Source: Chloroflexota bacterium (GTDB lineage: Bacteria; Chloroflexota; UBA11872; VXOZ01). Taken from it: 64,000 nt of DNA. The DNA is taken from the NCBI GenBank assembly GCA_965221905.1, contig OZ244922.1, forward strand, positions 544,001 to 608,000, read 5' to 3'. The position numbers were made by a program, and so were the translations under genes. Of the stretch, positions 48,155-57,870 are shown piece after piece. The stretch's first letter is position 1. Each line of letters begins with the position of its first letter. The notes beneath the pieces were generated by a model. That model was not told the DNA's origin. It worked only from the letters and a program-made list of their open reading frames with translations, and ran no database searches.

Positions 48155-49384
48155 CTAAGAATACACTGCCTGCAGTTGGTCCACGTTTCGTTGTACTTTG
48201 GCGATTGCGGCCGCAATATCATCCATGGCGGGATTCTCGGCGAGGAGTGCGGTTTGGCCGATCCAAGCTGCCTGCTCGTGGCAAAGCCGCTCAGTTTCAG
48301 GACATGGAAGAGAGCGGAAACTGCCGATAGCGCCTTTTACCGAACCATCAGACTTATCGAACATCGGGTTGTCATACAGCGCCCACGGATAGCCGCTGGA
48401 CATACCGACGCCCTCCGCCTGCACCGCCTGGAGGAAGGTCTCGCGGTCGGCGCCGAACTCCTCAGCGTTGAGGCGGATGGGGTAGATATGGTACCCGTGC
48501 TGGGTAACCTCCGGCTCAAGCTGCTGCACGGTGATGCCGGGGACCTCTGAGAGCATGCCGGAGAGATACGCCGCATTACGGTTGCGCCGCTTTGTATGCT
48601 CGTCCAGGCGTTCCAATTGCGGGAGGCAGACGGCGGCTTGGAACTCGTTCATGGGGTAGGCCTGGCCGAGTTCGTGGTGCTCGTACCAGGGCCGGCCGTT
48701 CTTGCGACCAAAGCACGCCAGAGTATAGAAGCAGCGCTCCCAGATGTCCTCGTTGTCCGTAGTCGCCAGGCCGCCCTCGCCGCAGGTCATGTTCTTGGCT
48801 TGGTTGAAGCTATACGAATTGAGGTCGCCCCAGCCTCCTACCTTCTTGCCCGCCCACTTGGTGCCGTGGGCGTGGGCGCAATCGACGATTACGGCTAAGT
48901 CATGTGCCTTCGCGAGCGCGCCAAGCTCGTCCACTTGCGCCGGATAACCGCCGAAGTGCACGGGCACGATGGCGCGGGTGCGCGGGGTGATGGCCTCGGC
49001 CACGCTCGCCGGATCGAGGCAGAGCGAGTTGGGGTCAACGTCCGCAAAGACCACGTCCGCTCCCACGAGCAAGGGCGCAAAGGCCGTGGCCATGAACGTG
49101 AAGGCCGGCACGATCACTTCGTCGCCCGGCCCAATGTCGAACGCGCGCAGGCCGATGTCGAGGCCCGCCGTGCAGCTCGTGAGCGGAATGCCAAACGCGG
49201 CGTCGTGGTAGTCGCAGAAGCGCGCATTTAGTTCCATCACCATGGGCCCGTGTCCGGTACCGCCCCAGCGGCTGCTCTCCAGCACCTGATGCAAGAGTTC
49301 CTTCTCCCGCTCATCGTGCTGAGGCCAGGAAGGAAACTTCGTCGTACACACAGGCGTGCCGCCGCGAATCGCTAGTTTCTCCAT
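48155..49384 (-). CDS. DegT/DnrJ/EryC1/StrS PLP-dependent aminotransferase
   Basis: GPGDEVIVPAFTF, PVHFGG, DCAHAHG, SFNQAKNMTCGEGG. Confidence 0.93.
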   Translation of the reverse strand: MEKLAIRGGTPVCTTKFPSWPQHDEREKELLHQVLESSRWGGTGHGPMVMELNARFCDYHDAAFGIPLTSCTAGLDIGLRAFDIGPGDEVIVPAFTFMATAFAPLLVGADVVFADVDPNSLCLDPASVAEAITPRTRAIVPVHFGGYPAQVDELGALAKAHDLAVIVDCAHAHGTKWAGKKVGGWGDLNSYSFNQAKNMTCGEGGLATTDNEDIWERCFYTLACFGRKNGRPWYEHHELGQAYPMNEFQAAVCLPQLERLDEHTKRRNRNAAYLSGMLSEVPGITVQQLEPEVTQHGYHIYPIRLNAEEFGADRETFLQAVQAEGVGMSSGYPWALYDNPMFDKSDGSVKGAIGSFRSLPCPETERLCHEQAAWIGQTALLAENPAMDDIAAAIAKVQRNVDQLQAVYS

Positions 49385-49630
49385 AGCCAGCTTCCTCCTG
49401 AGTGTCAATACTTACTGCTCGTGGGTCTGCCACATGCCTCGCGGATAGCTAAAGACCATAGACCAGGCCATCGTGGATCGAACACGCCGCCAGCGAGAAG
49501 AGTTTCATCCTCGCCACTCTCTTGATTGTTACCCTATCTTAGCCTATCTACGTTTTGCAAACGAAACCACGCTCTATGGGCGCGTACCTGCGTTCGCGCC
49601 TTTGCCGGAGTTCCCTCTCGCAATTTGGCC

Positions 49631-50312
49631 CCTGCCTGTCCCCGTTGGGAGACCTCTGCACATCTCAGCGCAGCAGCCGAAAAGACCCTCTCTCCCTGGG
49701 GAGAACTTTGCAAGACTCTTGCCGAGGCGAGAGAGAGTTAGAGCCTGCCCGTACTCGATACCGGGGGTGAGAGTGAGTCCCCGCAATCGGGGTCATTTTC
49801 ACCGATTCTTGCAAATTTGCTCTTAGCTATTTCAGGTAGGAAGGGCAGAATATGCAGGAAGCCCCTCACCCCGGCCCTCTCCCCAGGAGGCTGTCTCATA
49901 AGTCGACTCGATAAACAAAATCGTGCTTCGATCCTTCGACAAGCTCAGGACAGGCAAGCTCAGAACGAACGGGATTTGCCTATTTCGTTCGCCCTGAGCC
50001 TGTCGAAGGGCAAGTCTACACTGAGCAACGCACTTTTGAGACAAGCACCCAGGGAGAGAGAGTGATTGTTGCGCCTCCGGCTGAAGTTACGCAATGGTCT
50101 GATGGGGAGAAGGCTAGGGAGACGGGAAAGCCTCACCGTTTCGGCCTCGTTCCTCGTGTCCGTCAGAGTTATGCAGAGTTCTCCTTTGGGAAGGTAGGCG
50201 GTAAGAATCCGATCCGTACGCCTCCTTTGATGTTCCCATTTGCGCCAAGGAGCGGAGGACAAGCCCCCGCGCTACGAAGGAGATGTCATTCCGAGCGGAG
50301 CGAGGAATCTAC
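49631..50312. mobile_element. Triple-nested MITE/REP cluster
   Basis: Outer TIRs 49649/50183, middle 49701/50100, inner GGCTGTCTCA...TTGAGACAAGC 49889-50046, each in a hairpin loop; CTTCGACAAGCTCAG repeats inside. Confidence 0.65.
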
Positions 50313-50498
50313 GATGGTTCCCTGCAAGAAACCCTGTTATTTGGAGAAGGAGTATACTACCTTTTCTTTGCAGGCTGATCAGTTAAAGACCCTGCAAGAT
50401 CAGGCGTGAGAGGTTGAGCGCAAGGCTGATAAAGGTCTACGATAGGAATGAGCTTTCTTATTGCGTCTCGAGGTCTAATCGCGAAGAGGCACACCGTC

Positions 50499-51215
50499 AT
50501 GGCAACCAAGATAGGCATTATTACCGACGTACACGGCAATGCGCCTGCGCTGCGTGCCGTGCTGGCAGAGCTGGCGCGTGAGGATGATTTATCATGCGTC
50601 TATGGCGCGGGCGACCTCATTGGCATTGGTCCCGACACGAATGAAGTGCTGGATCTGCTCTTCGGTCTCCCTGGCTTTGCGAGTGTTGCCGGTAATCATG
50701 AGGATTGCATCCTGGCGCTGCTAGCGGGTGATTCGCCGGGAAGCCCTCCAGGAATTGAAGAACATCACCAGTGGATTGCGGACGAACTCGACCGCAGATT
50801 CCTGCCGCATCTCACTGCTATGCCGCGAGTACTGTCGCCGCAGCATGGGGATCTACAGCAATTCATCGCCCACTATCATCTGGATGCGGAGCAGCAACTC
50901 CTGCCGATTGACCCAGAACCCAGTTTAGAAAAGCTCGACGCGCACTACAGCGGGCACGCCGACGCCATTCTCACCGGCCACCATCACGACGGTCATTACT
51001 TTCAAACGCAGAACCGCGTCTATTTGAACCCAGGTGCATTGGGCTGTGGCCCGCGTCCGGTGGCGCGGTATGCCCTGCTTACATTCAGAGACAGCGGTAT
51101 TGACGTTCAGCGGCGCGGAATTCCCTATGATAGGGAGCACTTTCTGCGTACATATAGTAAACGCAATGTGCCAGACCGGGAGTTTATTCTGCAGCGCTTT
51201 CACGGGCAAGGGTGA
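50499..51215 (+). CDS. Calcineurin-like metallophosphoesterase
   Basis: TDVHGN, GDLIG, GNHE, GHHH, NPGALG. Confidence 0.92.
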   Translation: MATKIGIITDVHGNAPALRAVLAELAREDDLSCVYGAGDLIGIGPDTNEVLDLLFGLPGFASVAGNHEDCILALLAGDSPGSPPGIEEHHQWIADELDRRFLPHLTAMPRVLSPQHGDLQQFIAHYHLDAEQQLLPIDPEPSLEKLDAHYSGHADAILTGHHHDGHYFQTQNRVYLNPGALGCGPRPVARYALLTFRDSGIDVQRRGIPYDREHFLRTYSKRNVPDREFILQRFHGQG

Positions 51216-51390
51216 AGGGCCGGAGGCGAATCTTGAGGTGAGGTTGTAAGCGCCTGAGGCAGCATGTTTTCTGGACGCAAGCCATCCATAGAGAGATGGA
51301 ATTGGCGCCCGGTCACACGAGAGGCAATTCCGCGCTAGCGCAATTTCGAGACCTCTGCCTACCGGTTGGAGTCCGAATGGCTAAGAGAAG

Positions 51391-51544
51391 ATGGATTCCG
51401 CGCCCCCGCGCGGGGGCGAGCTTTCGCGGGAATGACGGTCAGACATGCGGGAATGATGGTCAGACGTGCGGGAATGGCGGTTGGGCGTGTGAGATCAGCG
51501 GTTGGAAGTGCGGGGATGATCGTCGGACGCGCGGGAATGACGGG
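51391..51544. repeat. REP followed by a degenerate 21-bp tandem array
   Basis: GCGGGAATGACGGTCAGACAT / GCGGGAATGATGGTCAGACGT / GCGGGAATGGCGG... about six units. Confidence 0.8.
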
Positions 51545-51637
51545 CTGCGTAGCATCTCTTTTGCATGTAATGCTGTGAAACGTCGAACACACTCTGGCAA
51601 TAGCGGTAACGGGTTGCAGTAGACGAAAGGACTGTAT

Positions 51638-53053
51638 ATGGCGACGACGGAGACTCGCACCGAGCGCGATTCGATGGGCGAGATGGAGGTACCCGCCGAC
51701 GCATATTATGGGGCCTCTACGCAGCGGGCGGTGTTGAATTTTCCCATTAGCGACCTGCGCTTTCCGCGCCGGTTCATCCAAGCGCTCGGCTTGATCAAGC
51801 AAAAAGCGGCGGAGGCGAACAGAGAGCTCGGCCTGCTCGACGACGGTCTGGCTATTGCGATTATCCAGGCGGCGCAGGAAGTGGCGGACGGCACGCTGGA
51901 TGATGAATTCGTGCTCGATATCTTTCAGACCGGCTCCGGCACCTCAACCAACATGAACGCCAACGAGGTCATCGCCAACCGCGCCGTGGAAATTCTCGGC
52001 GAAGCGCGCGGGTCGCGCACGGTGCATCCGAACGACCACGTGAACATCTGCCAGTCGTCCAACGACGTGATTCCGGCGGCTATGCATCTGTCGGCGCTCT
52101 TGAGCATACGGCAAGACCTGATACCGGCGTTGGCGAAACTTCAGCGGGCACTGGTTGGCAAAGCTGAAGAATTCATGCCCATCATCAAGACCGGGCGTAC
52201 GCACCTGCAGGATGCGACGCCTATCCGCCTGGGGCAGGAGTTCCAGGGTTACGCCGGACAGATCGAGCGGGCTATCAAACACTTGCGCCACGCCGAGGAC
52301 TGGCTGGGCGAATTGGCGCTGGGCGGCACGGCGGTCGGCACGGGCATCAACGCCCATCCCGCGTTCGCGCGTCTCGTCTGCGCCAAGCTGCGCGCGGCGA
52401 CGGGTTACCACATCCGCGAGACGGAGAATCACTTTCAGGCCCAGAGCGCGATTGACACGCTCGTGATGACGAGCGGCATGCTCAATACAGTGGCCGTGGC
52501 ACTGCTCAAGATCGCCAATGACATTCGTTGGTTGGGCTCCGGTCCCCGCGCGGGGCTCGGCGAACTGCTGCTGCCGGAAGTGCAGCCAGGCAGTAGCATC
52601 ATGCCCGGCAAGGTGAATCCCGTCATTCCCGAATCGGTAATCCAGGTCTGCGCGCAGGCGATGGGCAACCACCATGTGGTGACCATTTCCGGCCAGTGGG
52701 GATTCTTCGAGTTGAATACAATGCTGCCGGTGGCAGCGTACAATGTCTTGCGGCCGATAGCACTGCTCAGCAAAGCGGCGGCGAATTTTGCCGAACAGTG
52801 CGTGAGCGGCATCCAAGCTACGGAGCACGGCCCCGCCACAGTCGAACGCGGCCTCATGACTGCCACGGCTCTGGCGCCCTTGGTGGGCTACGACCAGGCT
52901 GCCGTGATTGCCAAGACTGCCCACGCCGAGAACAAGACCGTCCGTGAGATTGCCAAAGTCCTCACCAACCTTACCGACGAGCAATTGGACGAAGCGCTCG
53001 ACCCGGCAAAGATGGTACAACCGGGACTGAGCGGCATCGCGGCAGGGGGATGA
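51638..53053 (+). CDS. fumC: Class II fumarate hydratase
   Basis: FQTGSGTSTNMNANEV, HPNDHVN, SSND, GRTHLQDATP, GSSIMPGKVNP. Confidence 0.93.
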   Translation: MATTETRTERDSMGEMEVPADAYYGASTQRAVLNFPISDLRFPRRFIQALGLIKQKAAEANRELGLLDDGLAIAIIQAAQEVADGTLDDEFVLDIFQTGSGTSTNMNANEVIANRAVEILGEARGSRTVHPNDHVNICQSSNDVIPAAMHLSALLSIRQDLIPALAKLQRALVGKAEEFMPIIKTGRTHLQDATPIRLGQEFQGYAGQIERAIKHLRHAEDWLGELALGGTAVGTGINAHPAFARLVCAKLRAATGYHIRETENHFQAQSAIDTLVMTSGMLNTVAVALLKIANDIRWLGSGPRAGLGELLLPEVQPGSSIMPGKVNPVIPESVIQVCAQAMGNHHVVTISGQWGFFELNTMLPVAAYNVLRPIALLSKAAANFAEQCVSGIQATEHGPATVERGLMTATALAPLVGYDQAAVIAKTAHAENKTVREIAKVLTNLTDEQLDEALDPAKMVQPGLSGIAAGG

Positions 53054-53149
53054 CCCGCGCGTGAAAGCACTGGGCGTGCAGTCCGGTCATGCTGACTGAA
53101 ATAGCTCAGCAGGAGCGAATTGAGGGGAATTGGAGCGGCCATAAGCCTG

Positions 53150-53253
53150 TCCGTTCGCCCTGAGCTTGTCGAAGGGTGAACGGGGTAGAAAAGCGGATTG
53201 ACGGTCTCGTTACTCCCTCCCACCTGTGCTTCGACAGGCTCAGCACGAACGGA
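53150..53253. repeat. Inverted pair of CTGAGCTTGTCGAAG-family palindromes
   Basis: CCGTTCGCCCTGAGCTTGTCGAAGGG ... CTTCGACAGGCTCAGCACGAACGG; related copies at 49933-50010 and degenerate at about 39841. Confidence 0.8.
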
Positions 53254-53332
53254 TCAAGGGGGGAAAGAGGAGCGTGGCGTGTCCCCCGCATAGCATGTAC
53301 TCGTTGCTCAATGAAACAGGAGGTTCTGCAGC

Positions 53333-54496
53333 ATGGCCTACTACGACGATTGGCCGGTACTCGGTAGCGAGGACGTGAATCCTCGACAACAGCGATTGTT
53401 CGAGCAGTACGAGGAGTATCTGCTGCGCTACATCAAGGAGCGCTACGAGACGCGAGGGCGCTTTTGGAATCGCGATTACTCCGGCCTGGATGCATACGAG
53501 CATTCGGTGGAGCCCAATCGACAGCACTTCTTAGACAGTCTTGGCGGCTGGCCGTGGGACCGGCAGGACTTGCACCTGCGCTTCGAGCCGCTGGCAACAA
53601 ACTTGGACTTTCGCGTCGAGCGGGTGTACTACCGCGTTTTCGATGGCGTGGAGAGCGATGCGCTCTTGCTGACGCCGCTCGGCAGGGGGCCTCACCCGGG
53701 GATCGTCCTGCAGATCGGCATCTACGGCGTGCCGGAGACGGCCTGTGGCTTCACTGAGACGGAACACGCGGGGATCGATAGTTCGTACCACCGCATCGGC
53801 GGGCGGCTGGCGATGCACGGCTATACCGTGCTCGCCACGCGCATGGTGACCGGGTTTGAACCGGATAAGCTGGCGGGGCGGTTCGCCCCGAAGCTGCAAG
53901 AGCTCAAGAGTGCGCAACCGCACGCCCGCATGTACCTCAACCGCCTCTGCCGCACCATCGGCATGGACCTCTTTGGGCTTGAGATGTTTGCCCTCTCGCG
54001 GGGCGTGGATCTGCTGGAGAGTCTACCGCAAGTGGATAGCGATCGGATCGGCTTCTATGGCAAGTCGCAGGGCGGACAGTCGGGTCTCTGGCTCGGCGCC
54101 TTGGAAACCCGCCTGCAAGCAGTGGTAAGCACGGCGTGGTTCAACGAGCGCTACCAAAAACAGGTGATCCCCTCTGAGCACTACCGGCCCTTTGCGCTCA
54201 CGGTGGAAGAGGACAAGACCTACCCCCATCTGCGCGAATTCGCCGATAGCGACATCGCCTCGTTGATTTGTCCGCGCGCGTTCATGGTGGAGGAGGGCAA
54301 GCACGACGGCGCGGTCTACTGGAAGTTAGCCGAGCAGGCCTTTGCCGAGGTCAAGGCGATTTACGAGCGCCTCGGCATCGGAGAGAAGTGCGAGATTCAC
54401 GTCCACGAGGGCGGCCACGAAGTCGAGCCGGAAGAGGAGACGGCGCGGATGCACTCGGTGCAGTTCTTAGACCGCTGGTTGAAGGGTGGGGCGTAA
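53333..54496 (+). CDS. Alpha/beta hydrolase (dienelactone hydrolase / acetyl esterase-like)
   Basis: DRIGFYGKSQGG nucleophile elbow, LICPRAF, HEGGHE. Confidence 0.85.
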   Translation: MAYYDDWPVLGSEDVNPRQQRLFEQYEEYLLRYIKERYETRGRFWNRDYSGLDAYEHSVEPNRQHFLDSLGGWPWDRQDLHLRFEPLATNLDFRVERVYYRVFDGVESDALLLTPLGRGPHPGIVLQIGIYGVPETACGFTETEHAGIDSSYHRIGGRLAMHGYTVLATRMVTGFEPDKLAGRFAPKLQELKSAQPHARMYLNRLCRTIGMDLFGLEMFALSRGVDLLESLPQVDSDRIGFYGKSQGGQSGLWLGALETRLQAVVSTAWFNERYQKQVIPSEHYRPFALTVEEDKTYPHLREFADSDIASLICPRAFMVEEGKHDGAVYWKLAEQAFAEVKAIYERLGIGEKCEIHVHEGGHEVEPEEETARMHSVQFLDRWLKGGA

Positions 54497-54591
54497 AGCC
54501 GGGCAGTCAAAAGCCGAGCGGCATCCATCATTGGCTGCAAGAACGAAGTTCGCCAAACCTGCGCGGGCACACACACTGAGTTAGCTAATCG

Positions 54592-55350
54592 CTATTCCCC
54601 ATTGCTCGCGGGAGCAGGGCGGATGAGCTTCCACTGCGCGGTCTCGCTGAGCACCGAGGCCTCTTGATACGAGACGATGAAGGCGTAGCGCGCATGGTCG
54701 GTGCTGTTGCCTTTGGAATGGTGCCACAGCATACCGTGGAAGAGCAGCATCGAACCCGCCGGCAGCGGGACGGGAATGGCATGCTCGTTGGCGTATTCCT
54801 CAGGGGTGAGCTTGCGAATGCAAGCCCCATAGTCCACGATTTCGTAGTCCTGCAGACCCCAGCGATGGCTGCCCGGTACCACCCACATGCAGCCGTTGGC
54901 TTCGGTGGCGTCCTGGAGCGGCACCCAGATAGACATCCGCGTCTTACTATGCGTCTTAGGATCGTCGGGTTTCGTGTAGAAGGCCTCGTCCTGGTGCCAG
55001 TGGCAGATGATGTCGGATTGGGGCACTTTGGTAACCAACTTCGCTGAGTGCACGGCGATGCCGGGGCGGACGATATCTTCGATCAGGGAGAGGATGCGTT
55101 CATCGCGGGCAAAGCTGCTGATGAGCTTGGAGCGTAGGCCTATTTGAAGTATCCATCCGGGTCGGTTCGCCGTCGTGTCGCCGTGCTCCGGCATGAGGCG
55201 CTTGATCTCGTTGTTGAGGGCCGTCACGTCTGCCGGCGGAAAGACGTTATCAAGGATGAGGAATCCCTGCTCGTCGTAGGTCTGAAGCTCCGACGCGCTC
55301 AACGCGCGCAACTGCTGCGTTTGCTCCTCTAACGCCACTACCTTCGCCAT
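54592..55350 (-). CDS. Phytanoyl-CoA dioxygenase (PhyH) family Fe(II)/2OG enzyme
   Basis: WHQD, NGCMWVVPGSH, HGMLWHHS..N...R. Confidence 0.92.
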   Translation of the reverse strand: MAKVVALEEQTQQLRALSASELQTYDEQGFLILDNVFPPADVTALNNEIKRLMPEHGDTTANRPGWILQIGLRSKLISSFARDERILSLIEDIVRPGIAVHSAKLVTKVPQSDIICHWHQDEAFYTKPDDPKTHSKTRMSIWVPLQDATEANGCMWVVPGSHRWGLQDYEIVDYGACIRKLTPEEYANEHAIPVPLPAGSMLLFHGMLWHHSKGNSTDHARYAFIVSYQEASVLSETAQWKLIRPAPASNGE

Positions 55351-55608
55351 GTTGCACTTCCTTCGTGAATCTACGCATCGTGCTGCTCTACGAGCTTTCT
55401 GCCGCTTCGTCCACCCTTGAGTGGCTCCGCCCGCTGCAACCTCGGGCCCGCAAGCGGAAGTCCCAGGCGAAGCGGTGACTTAACGTAATGTACAGGCGAT
55501 CACCCCTTTGCTATACGCAGTATTATACTGAATTGCCAACTTTTTGTGCTAGACGTTGCGTTTTCGCCGGGGAAGTGAACCACTATTAGCGCCTACCTAC
55601 CTTACGGA

Positions 55609-55646
55609 AGAGCGGGGAGCCCACCACCGAGCTCCCCGCTCTTTTG
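55609..55646. terminator. Intrinsic terminator-like hairpin
   Basis: AAGAGCGGGGAGC-N10-GCTCCCCGCTCTTTT. Confidence 0.65.
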
Positions 55647-55762
55647 CATGCACGGAATCTTGTCTTGCTCCCATGCTTGGGCCCAAGTGCTTCATACGGT
55701 TGACAACTCCCAGAGAAGCACGGAGTGGAGCACAGCCGGTACGCACAGTCATGGCAAGCAGG

Positions 55763-57683
55763 CTAATTCGGTCTCTTAAAATGATATTCGCTTAGCCACT
55801 CATGCCGCGAGCGCGTGATGTCATACTGGCCGGTTCTGATGTATGCGATGGCATAGTCCGGCAATTCGCGCGACACGACACAGGACTCGCCTACATACCA
55901 ATCTTTCCCTTCGATGAAGCTGAAGTCCATGTTGTGGAGTTCGTTGCCGTCAATAACACTCTTGTCCACGGGAAACACGTGCAAAATGAACCGTTTGGCG
56001 GCGTCATCTCGAGCGCACACAGTCTTTACGTAGGTTAGGGTCCTGCCATCCAGGTAGACATCATAGCCGGAGCGAATGATCAACCGATCTTCTTCAGGTG
56101 CTGCAATCTCGACATTGTTGTGCCTAAGAGCGTAAATAGTGAAAGATGGCGTAGAATCGACGGCCAAGTAGCTCGCCTCGACAAAGTCGAAGAGAGGCTG
56201 AAAGTCATCCGGATCGTTTTTCCATCTTCCAGTGGAATGCCATGATTCGCGTTCAGCAGGTGCCAAAGGCGGCAAGCGAGAACGCCTCATGTCGATAATC
56301 AGTCTTGGCATTTGCTCCTCTACATCAGAGAAGAACTCTTCGCGAATTGATTGAGTTGTGTAGTTTGGCTTGGTCAGCGGAAGTTCATAGAAGAATCGTG
56401 TGGGCGCGTCACGATCGGAAAAGAGGTATAGCCAGGCACCCCTTCCCCAAACGAGAATAGGATCGTCACGCGCAGTTGCTCCTTGGATCAGGTCGCGGAG
56501 GCGAACTGAAATGGGCGAGTTCCTTTGAATGACAGACGTGCCGTTCTGCCCATATTTGTCGACAAGCCGTTCGAAATTTGAGAGCGGCGAAGCATAGTAG
56601 CCCGCAGCAAACAATAGCGCGAAAGAGAGAAGCCAGGGAGCGATCAGTCGTTGTTCAAGGACGAACCAAACAAATAAAGCGAGAAGTAGTATGGAAACGG
56701 GGAGGGCGGTGAGGAAGTAATGCCGGTATCCAAATCCTGACAGTGAAAGGCTAACGACCTCAAGTGGGAGCAGAATCAAAGCAACTAGCAAGAGTCCTTT
56801 GAATCGCTCAACTTGCACGCGTGTCCTTATGAGACAAGAGACACCGAGAAACCAGCTCGCAATAACCAGCAAAGAGATTGGCAGCATCTGAGTGAGTAGG
56901 TACTGTACCACCCCAAGTCTTTCCTGAAGCGAGGCACCGCTTTGTGCGAAATTGAAGACGAATACTGCATCCCAGAACGCATCTAACGCGCCCATAATCA
57001 GGAAGAGGCCCGCAACAGTGATGAGCACACTCCCACCGCCGAACACGGCCCAGGCAAGCTTGCGCAGGGAATTGTCTCTCACGAAAAGCCAATAGAGACC
57101 GATAACGATCCACAGTGCGACGAGATTTGGTCTGAGCAAGAAAGATGCAGCGCCGAGGACGCCGATGCCAAGATGCAACGAAGCGAAGTGAGGTGGGGAG
57201 ACGTTGGGCTTGGCCTGTTCTTCGCTACGGACAAAGAGATAGAGGGTGAGGAATTGAAAGAGCAGACCATACTGCTCTGTGAAGTTACCGGATGGAGTGA
57301 ATCTGGTGAAAAAGGCTAGGAAGAGCGCGAGAGCGAGCAGTGCAGGGATGGTGCCAAAACTGTTCCTTAGTGCTGCGAAGGCAAAATAGCATGCACCTAG
57401 TAAGAAAAGGGCTTGTATGAGCAAGCCCCCGAAGCCCTCGTGAATAATCAGGCCGATAGAATTTAGAAAGTAAAGCAGCGGGCCTTTGTTATCCCAGCGG
57501 TCGAGATATGGGATGTCACCTTGCAGGATACCCTTGGCTACGTAAATGAAAATGCAGGAATTGTATGCGCAGTCAGTTACAAATGAGTCCGACGGCAAGT
57601 ATAAGCAGGTAGGCAAGAACAATTACCCAACCGACGCCAAGCAGGCGATTGGTCACAACGGTGGGCGCAAACGAAAGCTTCAT
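55763..57683 (-). pseudogene. GT-C (ArnT/PMT-like) glycosyltransferase paralog 1, frameshifted near the N-terminus
   Basis: ATG 57683 gives MKLSFAPTVVTNRLLGVGWVIVLAYLLILAV (homologous to paralog 2); one extra G at 57589-57590 shifts the frame; the rest (DRWDNKGP...) is open. Confidence 0.75.
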
Positions 57684-57870
57684 GGTTTGAGAGTTGAATT
57701 GGCGATTGTGGTTGTTTCAGTTGCAGTTACTGGTTGGCTCAGCCTATGACGGGGCGAAAGCTACGGTTAGTCTACAGCCAACAGCGGGGGCTTTCAAAAG
57801 AATGCACATCAGGCGGTTGCCGCACGTAATGTGTGTGAGGCCGCTATTGCCTTTGGTCGCGACAACAGAA

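Noticed and set aside
49473-50409. Several 70-117-aa ORFs
   Set aside because: They are translations of REP/MITE sequence with no protein features.
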